A stretch of 64,000 bases of DNA from Caulobacter sp. (GTDB lineage Bacteria; Pseudomonadota; Alphaproteobacteria; Caulobacterales; Caulobacteraceae): contig NZ_JBCNJZ010000009.1 of the NCBI RefSeq assembly GCF_039596335.1, forward strand, positions 59,059 to 123,058, in the 5' to 3' direction. Below, one piece after another: positions 55,940 through 64,000 of the stretch; position 1 is the first letter of the stretch; every line of letters begins with the position of its first letter. Position numbers and translations under genes: made by a program. The notes under the pieces were generated by a model. The model saw only the letters and a program-made list of their open reading frames with translations. It had not been told where the DNA came from and ran no database searches.

Positions 55940-57660
55940 GCTTCGCCCGCCGCCAAGGCCACGCCACGTTCCAGCACCTCGTCCCGCCCGGCGCGGACGC
56001 CGGCGATCGTCTGGGCGACGGGGACGGTCGGCAGGATCCCGACGCCATGATGCGGCGAGCCATCATGCTTGCGCACGCGCATGCCCGTGAAGGTCACGCC
56101 ATAGCGCCCGGGCAGAGGTATCCAATTGATGTTGCCGTTGGTCCCGGCCGTGGGGCCGCCGACGATGGGGCCGATGCGCTCGCCCTCGAACACGCCCGCC
56201 CAGCTTTCGGCATAGCTGATGGCCTCGCCGCCAGTCAGCAACACCAGGCGGCCGGTCAGCCGGGGCGTCTGGGGCGGAAGGGTCCAGCCGCCCCCGCCGT
56301 CGAACGTGATGTCCTGGCGATCTGGGGCGGTGATCAGGGGAACCTCGAACCGCGCCGAATGAAGCGGACGATCGCTGAAATGGGCCAGCAGCCGCCGGGC
56401 CGAGCCCGAAGGATAGCCGCGATCGTCGAACACCACGCCCTTGGCCTGGGCCAGTAGCGGAAGCTTGTCGCGCACGTCCTGTTCGCTGACCCGGCTCAGA
56501 TCCACATAGACCACGCCGGGGCTGGGCTCGGAGAAGTTGGCGTGGACGGCCCTGGCGTTCACGGCGTTCGCCGTCGGCCAGTCGGTCGGCGTCAGCAGGG
56601 CCTTGAAGGTCGCGCCGTCCGCGGCCTGGCCTTCCAGCGTCGCCGCCGCCTTGTCGAGGCGGGCTCTCAGGCGAAACAGCGTCCTGGCGCGGCGCGAATG
56701 CGGCGTCGCGGCGCTGACCTGCTTTTCCAGGGCGGCGATGAGAGGGGCCACCTCGACGCCGTCGATCCGGGTGATGACACCGCCGACCGGTAGGTCCTGG
56801 GCGGTGGCGGGTGCGGCGGTGACGACCAGGCGATCCTCGATCCAGGCCCAGGCAACCGGCAGGTACCATCGCGGCTTGGCCTCTGAGACCTCGCCGTGAC
56901 CGTCCCGCAGCGCCGCGATCATGTGGGCGAGCGTCTTGGAGAAGGCCGCGGCGTCGGCGTCCTGCGCCGAGGCGCGCAGACCCTTGGTCAGTTCGGCGTC
57001 CCAGTCGACCGGCACGACGTCGAAATACGGATAGAAATGCTGCAGCACGCCCCAGGCCAGGATGATGTTGGCCAGGCGGATGCGACGGTCCTCGGCCGAT
57101 GGCGTCGCGGCGGGCATCTGCAGCAGCGGCCCCTCGGGAGGCGTCTGCTCGCTGTAGGCGGTCGTCGGCATCGTGGCGCTGACGCCTTCGCCCAGCGACA
57201 GCGAGAGGACCTTCGGCTGTCCGTCCGGCACGGGGACCCGCTTGCTGGCGTAGATGTTGGGGCGCGCCGAGGGCGGCGCTGGCAAACCCACACCGCGATG
57301 CGTCCACATGACCAGCTGGCCGGCGCCGGCGGGCAGGGCGGCGGGGGCTGGCGGGGTCTTGCGCGCATGGAGCGTCATGGTCGGGGCGATCGGCCGGAAC
57401 ATCGTGTCCAGGCGCGCGACCAGGTCAGCGGGCGAGCGCGCGCCCTCGACGGTTTCCACATTCGACACCACGAAGGCGTTCCAGTCCGTCGTCGCCGCCG
57501 CGTCGCTGGGGTGGAAGAAGCGGACATAGGCGACCAGGCGGGCGAAGGCGGCCAGGTTGGCTTCGCCACGCACCGACAGCGGCGCCGCGGCCACGGCGTC
57601 CGCGGCGTTCGCAGCGGCGGGTGCGGCCAGCAGTGCGCCGATCACTTCGCGACGGTTCAT
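55936..57660 (-). CDS. S41-family (tail-specific/tricorn-core-like) serine peptidase, secreted
   Basis: Tat-like N-terminus MNRREVIGALLAAPAAANA. ILAWGVLQHFYPYF and VLLTGGEAISYAESW resemble S41 peptidases of the non-Prc type. I chose ATG 57660. Confidence 0.6.
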
Positions 57661-57855
57661 GGTGGTCCCTCTCGCGCCCCCGCGCCCAAGCTCCACCAGA
57701 TAACGATGTGCGGGCGAAACTGTGGCGCTTTGCAGCCTGGGGGTGAGTGGGTAATGCCCACTTTGGGTTGCGTCGACCCGCCGGAACGCCGCTTGGTTAG
57801 CGTTTGTTAGCCGACTTGGCCCTATCCAAGATCCCTTGCAGACCTAGGGGGTTCC

Positions 57856-59004
57856 GTGTCCGCACTTGCGCGCCGTCACAAGCCGAAGCCGCTGAACAAG
57901 GCTGATCGGGTGATGCGCAGCCTGCGCGCGCTGGAACGCACGGCCTCGACCAGTCGCGTTCTGAACCTGATCGCGGTCGAGAACGACGGCGCTCATCGGC
58001 CCGAGTACCTGCAGGCGCCGCTGTTTCGCAATCGCGTGCTGAACACCGCCATCGTGCTGAAGCACCGCCTGCGCAACGACGACTTCTACCTGTTCGACGA
58101 GGCGCGGCCGACCGCGACCAAGGTCATCATTCCGTTCGACCGCCGGGACCTGGGCCTGGGCGGCCAGTCGGTGTTCGTGGGCCAGCGGGGCTGGACCGAC
58201 CTGGTGATCGAGGCCACCAACGCCTCGGGCGACATGAGCCGCGACCTGGCGACCCTGCGGCTGATCGACATGCTGCCGTCGCTGGACCCGTTCCTGATGC
58301 GCGAGCACCTGCGCCAGCACGGCGTGATGGTGGCCAACTGCTATTTCGCCCTGTCGCAGGCCGATCTCGAGGCCATGCAGGGCTTTGTGACCATGGAGAT
58401 CTCGCGGCTGATCGAGCTGGCCTATCGCGGGGCCGGCGGCGTCGGTCGCGCCCATGCCGCCCGCCTGGTCGAGGCCCTGCTGTCCACCGATGTCGACGAG
58501 CGCCTGGAGCCCCTGCGCCAGACCCTGGTCATGGAGGGCGAGAGCTTCAAGGAAGGCGTCTTCAGCTGGAAGGGCTTCCTCTATTACAAGTGGATGCTGA
58601 CCCGCCTGTGGCCGCAGCTGACCACGGTGGGCCAGGAGCTGGGCCGCGTGGTGGTGACCGGCAATCGCGATGCCGAGACCGGCCGCTATGTCGACGACGC
58701 CCGCCGCCGCCTGCAGGGCGGGGTGCTGGTGGAGCGCTCGGCGATCCTGCGCACGCTCAAGGTCTATGATGACGCCTTCGAGGACCTGATCGAGAACGGC
58801 CGCCCGAAGGCCTTCCGCGAGTTCCTGCTGCGCGCGCCGGAAATGTTCCTGTCGCTTGGCGAGCGGGTGGGGGTGATCTCCCACATCTCCAGCTACTGGC
58901 GCTATCGTTTCCCGCAAGGGGAAGCCCTGACGGTCGACGTCGAAGAGGCGATCGACATCTTCCAGGACTTCGAGGCCGGGCTCTCCGTGCCCATGGCCAG
59001 TTAA
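57856..59004 (+). CDS. Hypothetical protein, 382 aa, soluble, no family recognised
   Basis: The ORF is long and its amino-acid composition looks ordinary (not R/G/P-rich like the antisense frames). The opposite-strand ORF 57844-59103 looks spurious. The start is GTG 57856 or ATG 57913. Confidence 0.7.
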   Translation: MSALARRHKPKPLNKADRVMRSLRALERTASTSRVLNLIAVENDGAHRPEYLQAPLFRNRVLNTAIVLKHRLRNDDFYLFDEARPTATKVIIPFDRRDLGLGGQSVFVGQRGWTDLVIEATNASGDMSRDLATLRLIDMLPSLDPFLMREHLRQHGVMVANCYFALSQADLEAMQGFVTMEISRLIELAYRGAGGVGRAHAARLVEALLSTDVDERLEPLRQTLVMEGESFKEGVFSWKGFLYYKWMLTRLWPQLTTVGQELGRVVVTGNRDAETGRYVDDARRRLQGGVLVERSAILRTLKVYDDAFEDLIENGRPKAFREFLLRAPEMFLSLGERVGVISHISSYWRYRFPQGEALTVDVEEAIDIFQDFEAGLSVPMAS

Positions 59005-59080
59005 CGGCCGAAAATCATCAAGGCGTTTTTTACGATCTGGGCCTAATGCTCTTTCTCTAGATTTTAGGAGCCCCAGGTCC

Positions 59081-59881
59081 GTGTTCGACGGGAACGTGCG
59101 CACTCTTCAGCGTGTCGCCTCCAAGGTGCAGCGTGTGCTGGTCGTGGACCCCAATCCCGCGACCGCGCGCCTGCTGGCCGAACACCTGCGCCCGCTGGGC
59201 GCCGTGCAGATGTTCGCCGCGCCCAGCGCCGAGAAGGGCTACGCCATGGCCCGGGCGACCGATCCGCAGCTGATCTTCCTGGAGCACGCCCAGCAGGGCG
59301 TCGACGGCCTGGCCTTCGCGCGCAAGATCCGCCGCAGCGACCTGCCCTGCCGCGAGGCGCCGATCATCATGTGCACGGCCGAGGCCACGGCCGAGACGAT
59401 CTTCGGGGCGCGCGATTCGGGCGTGCACGAGTTCATGCGCAAGCCGTTCACGATCAAGGATCTGGAACGTCGCCTGGAAGCGGTGACCCTGAAGCCGCGC
59501 GACTGGATCGAGGCCGTGGCCTATGTCGGTCCCGACCGCCGCCGCTTCAACTCGGCCGACTACAAGGGTCCTCGCAAGCGCAAGGCCGACGCGGCCGGCA
59601 CGCCCGCCGCGCGCCTCTCCCAGGCCCTGCGCATCGTCAAGTCGGCCGCCACGGCCCTGGACAGCGATCCGGCCCAGGCCCGCCGCGCCCTGGCCGCCCA
59701 GGCGGTGGAGCTCAAGCGCGTGGGCGAGGCGGTCAAGGACCCCCGCCTGGTTCAAGCCGCGGAGGCCCTGGGCACGTTCATGGGCTCGGACCTGGCCGGT
59801 CCCGCCGGCCGCGCCGAACTGGTCAAGCGCATCGACGCCCTGATGGGCTTCATGTCGGATGAAGGCGGTCGCGCCGCCTAG
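59081..59881 (+). CDS. Degenerate receiver-domain protein (phospho-Asp replaced by Glu) with a GPDRRR linker and a His-less helical C-terminal domain
   Basis: An AGGAG RBS lies 10 nt upstream of GTG 59081. The protein aligns to CheY: VLVVDPNP (DD becomes DP), LIFLEHAQQGVDG (D57 becomes E), IIMCTAEA (Thr kept) and FMRKPF (Lys kept). This is followed by YVGPDRRRFNSADYKGPRKRK and about 100 aa of Ala/Leu-rich helices. Confidence 0.8.
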   Translation: MFDGNVRTLQRVASKVQRVLVVDPNPATARLLAEHLRPLGAVQMFAAPSAEKGYAMARATDPQLIFLEHAQQGVDGLAFARKIRRSDLPCREAPIIMCTAEATAETIFGARDSGVHEFMRKPFTIKDLERRLEAVTLKPRDWIEAVAYVGPDRRRFNSADYKGPRKRKADAAGTPAARLSQALRIVKSAATALDSDPAQARRALAAQAVELKRVGEAVKDPRLVQAAEALGTFMGSDLAGPAGRAELVKRIDALMGFMSDEGGRAA

Positions 59882-59998
59882 CCAGCTTCACTGTCACGAG
59901 TCTGTCGTGGAACTGTCGCGTACTAGCCGCGTCTAGCCGTTAACAGCCCGCTCGAGGCCTTCAATCGCGCAAAGCGAGGGGTTCTCGGGGATAATTTC

Positions 59999-62695
59999 AT
60001 GACCATTCGTCAACAGACGGCGCTGCTGCGCCGAGTCAGCGCGCTCGCGCTCGTCATCGCTGCGACCGCCGTGGGAGCCGCCCAAGCCGAAGTGACCACC
60101 GTCGGCCCCGACGACGACAGCACGTCCGTCAGCGACATCGTCGTCACCGGCCGTCGTCCCATGGCCGAGAGCCAGGCCGTGGCCCTGCAGATCCAGAAGA
60201 ATTCCGACTCGCTGGTCAGCGTCCTGTCGGCCGACGCCGTCGGCGCCTTGCCGGACCAGAACATCGCCTTCGCCATCGGCCGCCTGCCCGGCGTCGCCGT
60301 CGAGCGCGACCAGGGCCAGGCCCGCTACGTCAACCTGCGCGGCGCGCCGGTGTACTGGACGACCCTGTCGTTCGACGGCCTCAGCGTCGTCAGCCCGGAA
60401 GGCCGTTCGACCCGCTTCGACAACATCCCGTCGGCCATCGCCAGCCTGATCACCGTCGAAAAGGCTATCGTGCCGTCGATGCCGGGCGACACCGTCGCCG
60501 GTAATGTCGACATCCGCACGCGCCGCGCGTTCGACTATGACGGCCAGCGCATCAACGGCAAGCTGGGTCTGGGCCGCGTGAAGCTGGGCGGCGGCGACGA
60601 AGTCGACGCCAACCTCGTCTACTCCAATGTCTTCGCCGACAAGCTGGGCATCGTGGCCCAAGCTTCGTACTACTCGCGCGAAATGGCGACCGACAACTGG
60701 GAAACCGATCCCTATCTCGCCAACACGACCTACCCGACCAAGCACTTCGCGCGCGAGCACGAGAACAAGCACTATCGCCTGACCCGCGAGAACATGTCGG
60801 CCACGGTTCGTCTGGACTACAAGTTCGACGAGAACCACTCGATCTTCTTCAGCACCGTCAACACCTACTTCCACGACGACGAGCTGCGCGACAACTTCAT
60901 CTTCCGCCTGGACCAAGGCACGGACGCCGCCGGCAACGGTTACACCAGCGCCGCCTACGTCAACGGCAACAACCCGACCTTCGGCACGACCTACGGCGCG
61001 CGCATCAACGCCCGCATCGACTATCGTGACACCAAGGAAGCGATGACCACCAACACCCTGGGCGGTGAGCATCGGTGGAACAAGCTGAGCGCCACCTGGC
61101 GCCTGAACTACACCTTCACCCAGGACGGGCGCGACACCCCGGTGACGATCGCCTTCCAGAGCCCGTCCAGCTTCCTGCTGCGTCCGACCGTCGAGTACGA
61201 TTTCCGCAACGGCGACGTGAACACCGTGAAGCTGTTCCAGACGGGCGGCGTGACCGGCGCCCGCACCCGCGGCGCCCAGGTGATGAACATCGAGGACTTC
61301 CAGTTCCCGATGACCAGCGCCGGCAACCTCAAGGGCGGTGACTTCACCAACGCCTACACCGCCAAGGCCGACTTCGATTACGAAGCCGAGCTGGGCGGCC
61401 ACGAGACCAAGTTCGAGTTCGGCGGCCTGTGGACCGACCGCACCAAGAAGTCGCGCGAGAGCAGCTTCACCCGCAACTTCTCGGGTTCGGGCGTGCCGAC
61501 CTGGGCGCAGTTCGCCAGCAACATCGAGTATCTGGGCAGCCAGAACCTCAACTACACCTTCCGCTACACCGACAAGGACACGACGACGGCGTTCGTCGAC
61601 GGCCTCGTCGCCAACGGCACGGCCACCAAGAACGACACGACCGCCAACTACTGGCGTGTGGGCGAGACGATCACCGCCGGTTACGTGATGGGCACGACCC
61701 GTTTCGGCTGGGGTAACATGGTCTACGGCGTGCGCGCCGAGCACATCCAGAACCACGGGCAGGCCTATGTCACCGGCCTGGGCCTGGTGAAGACCAAGAA
61801 CGACATGACGCTGTTCTATCCCAGCGCCCATGTGAACTGGAACCTGCGCGAAGACCTGAAGCTGCGCGTTGGCGTCACCACCTCGGCCTCGCGCGCCGAC
61901 TTCGACGACCTGCGTCCGAACTTCACCTACAACGACTCGGCGATGACGGTTTCGGGCGGCAACCCGGACGCCAAGCCCGAGCGTCAGGTCGGCCTGGACA
62001 CCTATCTGGAATGGTACGCCGGTCGCGAGACGTTCTTCTCGGCGGGCGTGTTCTACAAGGACCTGAAGGACGTTCTGGTCCAGACCTCGCGCGTGTTCGG
62101 CGACACCTCGCTCAACAGCGGCGGCATCGATCGTTCGGCCTATGACTACAGCGGCATCGGCAACGCCGGCTCGGGCCACCTGAAGGGCCTGGAGCTGTTC
62201 TTCAGCGGCACCGCCGAAACCTTCGTCCAGGAGCGCAACCTGCCCAGCTGGCTGGGCGGCTTCGGCGCCCGTCTGTCGGGCACCTGGACCTCGTCGGAAG
62301 TGGACCTGCCGTCGGTCGGCGGCGTGCCGGCCCGCACCATCTCGGTGCTGGGCACCTCGGACGCCGTCTACAACGTCCAGGCCATCTACGAAAAGTACGG
62401 CATGACCCTGCGTCTGGCCTACCAGTACCGCACCCCATGGGGTCAGTCGGTCGGCGCCTATCGGGTCATCAACGGCGGAACCTATCCGACCGACAACGGC
62501 GACATCTTCTGGGATAGCGACGAGGAGCTGGACTTCTCGGCCCGCTACCGGGTCAACAAGAACGTCGAGATGTTCTTCGACGCCAGCAACCTGACCAACC
62601 AGGGTTCGCGCCGCTACGGCGACCAGTCGCGCTATCCGATCGAGTACGAGAAGTTCGGTCGTCGCTTCGTCGGCGGCGTGCGCTTCAACTTCTAG
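59999..62695 (+). CDS. TonB-dependent outer-membrane receptor
   Basis: Signal peptide ...AATAVGAAQA. The plug reads DIVVTGRR...ALPDQNIAFAIGRLPGVAVERDQGQARYVNLRGA. 898 aa, with the C-terminal GGVRFNF (terminal Phe). Confidence 0.93.
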   Translation: MTIRQQTALLRRVSALALVIAATAVGAAQAEVTTVGPDDDSTSVSDIVVTGRRPMAESQAVALQIQKNSDSLVSVLSADAVGALPDQNIAFAIGRLPGVAVERDQGQARYVNLRGAPVYWTTLSFDGLSVVSPEGRSTRFDNIPSAIASLITVEKAIVPSMPGDTVAGNVDIRTRRAFDYDGQRINGKLGLGRVKLGGGDEVDANLVYSNVFADKLGIVAQASYYSREMATDNWETDPYLANTTYPTKHFAREHENKHYRLTRENMSATVRLDYKFDENHSIFFSTVNTYFHDDELRDNFIFRLDQGTDAAGNGYTSAAYVNGNNPTFGTTYGARINARIDYRDTKEAMTTNTLGGEHRWNKLSATWRLNYTFTQDGRDTPVTIAFQSPSSFLLRPTVEYDFRNGDVNTVKLFQTGGVTGARTRGAQVMNIEDFQFPMTSAGNLKGGDFTNAYTAKADFDYEAELGGHETKFEFGGLWTDRTKKSRESSFTRNFSGSGVPTWAQFASNIEYLGSQNLNYTFRYTDKDTTTAFVDGLVANGTATKNDTTANYWRVGETITAGYVMGTTRFGWGNMVYGVRAEHIQNHGQAYVTGLGLVKTKNDMTLFYPSAHVNWNLREDLKLRVGVTTSASRADFDDLRPNFTYNDSAMTVSGGNPDAKPERQVGLDTYLEWYAGRETFFSAGVFYKDLKDVLVQTSRVFGDTSLNSGGIDRSAYDYSGIGNAGSGHLKGLELFFSGTAETFVQERNLPSWLGGFGARLSGTWTSSEVDLPSVGGVPARTISVLGTSDAVYNVQAIYEKYGMTLRLAYQYRTPWGQSVGAYRVINGGTYPTDNGDIFWDSDEELDFSARYRVNKNVEMFFDASNLTNQGSRRYGDQSRYPIEYEKFGRRFVGGVRFNF

Positions 62696-62755
62696 AGCGC
62701 GTCAGGCGAAGTGTGGGCGGTTCGCCGCCCGGACGCGCTCCGGGCAAAAGACATC

Positions 62756-62782
62756 GGGGCCTTTCTTAGTCAGAAAGGCCCC
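62756..62782 (-). terminator. Hairpin, possible terminator of the minus-strand hydrolase gene
   Basis: GGGGCCTTTC-7 nt-GAAAGGCCCC forms a 10-bp stem. On the minus strand it is followed by GAUGUCUUUUG. Confidence 0.35.
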
Positions 62783-62813
62783 GGGGCTGGGTAGACACCA
62801 GGCTCGACCAGAA

Positions 62814-62846
62814 CCTCCCCGGAGCGATCCGGGGAGGTTTTTCTTT
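62814..62846 (+). terminator. Rho-independent terminator of the TonB-dependent receptor gene
   Basis: CCTCCCCGGA-gcga-TCCGGGGAGG is a perfect 10-bp stem with a GNRA-like loop, followed by TTTTTCTTT. Confidence 0.8.
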
Positions 62847-62851
62847 GCCCC

Positions 62852-63580
62852 CTAGCGGTGGCTGGCGGGGCGGGCCAGCCAGTGGCGCAGCGCGCCGTTG
62901 ACCGAGCCGGGGGCCTCCATCGGTGTCATGTGGCCGGTGTCGGGTATGATCAGAAGGTGCGTGCAGCCGATCGCTCGCGCCATCTCGCGGTGGCCCTCGG
63001 CCGGCGTGATCTGGTCGTTCTCGCCGCAGATGATCACCTTCGGCACGCGCAGGGCCTTCAGGGCGGCCTCACCGTCCTCGCGCTCCAGGCTGTTCTGGCG
63101 CAGGAAAACCTCGCGGCCCAGGCGCTGGGTCATCTCGACGATGCGGCCGGTCAGGTCGGCGTCGTCCAGGCGCGAGGCGTCGACATAGCTCTTCAGAATG
63201 GCCTGGCCGATGCCCAGGAACGTGCCGCCCTTGGCGGCGGCCTTGTTCAGCGCCCGGCGCTGGGCGGCGCGCTCGGGCGTGTCGACCCGGATGGCGGTGT
63301 CCAGCAGGGCCAGGCGCTCGATGCGCTCCGGCGCCAGGCGGGCGATCTCCTGGGCGACGTAGCCGCCCATCGAGAAGCCGGCCAGGGCGAAGGTCGGCTC
63401 GGCCTGCGCCAGCACGCTCGTGGCCAGCTCATGGATGGTCTCGCCCTGGGTCAGGTCCGGGACCCAGCAGCGGGCGACGTCAGACAGGCCTTCGATCTGG
63501 TCGCGCCATAGCTCGGCGTCGTTGAGCAGGCCGGGAAGCAGGATGAGTTGGGGCAGGGCGGCGGTCATGGTCGCGACCAT
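62852..63580 (-). CDS. Alpha/beta-fold hydrolase
   Basis: LILLPGLLND, the nucleophile elbow GFSMGG, and the C-terminal His region DTGHMTPME, 242 aa. Confidence 0.88.
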   Translation of the reverse strand: MVATMTAALPQLILLPGLLNDAELWRDQIEGLSDVARCWVPDLTQGETIHELATSVLAQAEPTFALAGFSMGGYVAQEIARLAPERIERLALLDTAIRVDTPERAAQRRALNKAAAKGGTFLGIGQAILKSYVDASRLDDADLTGRIVEMTQRLGREVFLRQNSLEREDGEAALKALRVPKVIICGENDQITPAEGHREMARAIGCTHLLIIPDTGHMTPMEAPGSVNGALRHWLARPASHR

Positions 63581-63621
63581 TAGCCGTTTCGCGCGGCCGC
63601 TCGAAGCGCTAAACCCGCCGC

Positions 63622-64000
63622 ATGACCCTGACTCTCGTGAAAGCCTGGACCGCCGCCAAGGATCGTCTGAAGGACGCCGGCATCGATCAGCCGTCCATCG
63701 ACGCGCGCCTGATGCTGGAGGTGGCCGCCAATGTCACCCGCACCGAGATCGTCACCGATCCCTATCGCGAGCTGACCGAAGAGCAGGTCGCGACCCTGAA
63801 CGACTATCTGGAGCGCCGCGCCAAGCGCGAGCCGGTCAGCCACATCATCGGCCGCAAGGGCTTCTGGAAGATCCTGCTGCAGGTGAACAAGAACGTCCTG
63901 ACCCCGCGTCCCGAGACCGAGGTCATCGTCGACGAGGTGCTGAAGGCCTATCCCGAGCAGATGGGCTTCTCGATGCTGGACCTGGGCGTGGGCTCGGGCA
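63622..64000 (+). CDS. prmC: Peptide chain release factor N(5)-glutamine methyltransferase (PrmC/HemK); the N-terminal part is in the window and the gene runs off the right edge
   Basis: My translation from ATG 63622 is MTLTLVKAWTAAKDRLKDAGIDQPSIDARLMLEVA...REPVSHIIGRKGFWKILLQVNKNVLTPRPETE...LDLGVGSG (SAM motif I). The frame is open to the window end. Confidence 0.88.
   Translation, partial: MTLTLVKAWTAAKDRLKDAGIDQPSIDARLMLEVAANVTRTEIVTDPYRELTEEQVATLNDYLERRAKREPVSHIIGRKGFWKILLQVNKNVLTPRPETEVIVDEVLKAYPEQMGFSMLDLGVGSG

Noticed and set aside
57796-57811. A CtrA-type TTAA-N7-TTAA box upstream of the orphan 382-aa gene and elsewhere.
   Set aside because: The site reads GTTAGC-N4-GTTAGC, which is TTAG rather than TTAA and has the wrong spacing. 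TTAA is rare in the window and I saw no TTAA-N7-TTAA pair. I keep it only as an unexplained direct repeat within the finding for that locus.
59933-62179. A 748-aa minus-strand ORF antisense to the second TonB-dependent receptor.
   Set aside because: It is low-complexity (V/G/A/R/D-rich) with no motifs. The plus-strand ORF has a signal peptide, a plug, a barrel and a C-terminal Phe.

Overview
This is a GC-rich (about two-thirds G+C by eye) 64-kb chromosomal segment. Its gene content, and its long R/G/A/P-rich spurious antisense ORFs, fit a free-living alphaproteobacterium, probably Caulobacter-like; that assignment is an inference. I call 57 protein-coding genes, two of them cut by the window edges. 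I saw no rRNA, tRNA, CRISPR array, transposase, integrase or phage genes.

Gene blocks, left to right:
- TonB-dependent receptor (partial).
- queC-queE-queD, the 7-deazaguanine precursor genes.
- A CheY-like receiver with an Arg-rich tail.
- aroC.
- A secreted pectate lyase.
- A blaI-like repressor followed by two tandem M56 (BlaR1-like) membrane proteases.
- A MarR-GNAT fusion and an acyltransferase-3.
- A 14-kb amine/polyamine uptake and catabolism cluster: three class-III aminotransferases, gabD, two glutamine-synthetase-like ligases, a PotABCD-type ABC importer and a PuuB-like oxidase.
- A TetR-MFP-RND efflux module.
- SDR/LysR and MocR regulators.
- An ECF41-type sigma factor divergent from an AhpD/CMD-family gene.
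- A dipeptide epimerase, a tandem-HxlR regulator and a thiolase.
- A Ser/Thr and D-amino-acid catabolic group: sdaA, an M28 peptidase, a DSD1-like enzyme and a threonine-dehydratase-like enzyme.
- A PagL-like gene, purA, a hybrid histidine kinase and an S41 peptidase.
- An unrecognisable 382-aa protein followed by a degenerate receiver protein.
- A second TonB-dependent receptor, an alpha/beta hydrolase and prmC (partial).

There is no obvious defence or mobile island. The most interesting unexplained signals are:
1. The orphan 382-aa gene plus the D-to-E pseudo-receiver, which shares a GPDRRR tail with a second receiver in the window.
2. At least four families of highly structured intergenic repeats (REP/MITE-like). 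Several supply stop codons to flanking genes or sit inside operons.
3. A triplicated 34-bp copy of the purA 3' end.
4. A near-perfect ECF41 promoter signature in a symmetric divergent arrangement.
5. A perfect TACA-NN-TGTA operator in front of a one-repressor, two-sensor BlaI/BlaR-like module with non-PBP sensor domains.
6. A duplicated HxlR regulator with two His/Cys3 knuckles.

All functional calls rest on my recognition of family motifs in the translated ORFs. No database search was run.
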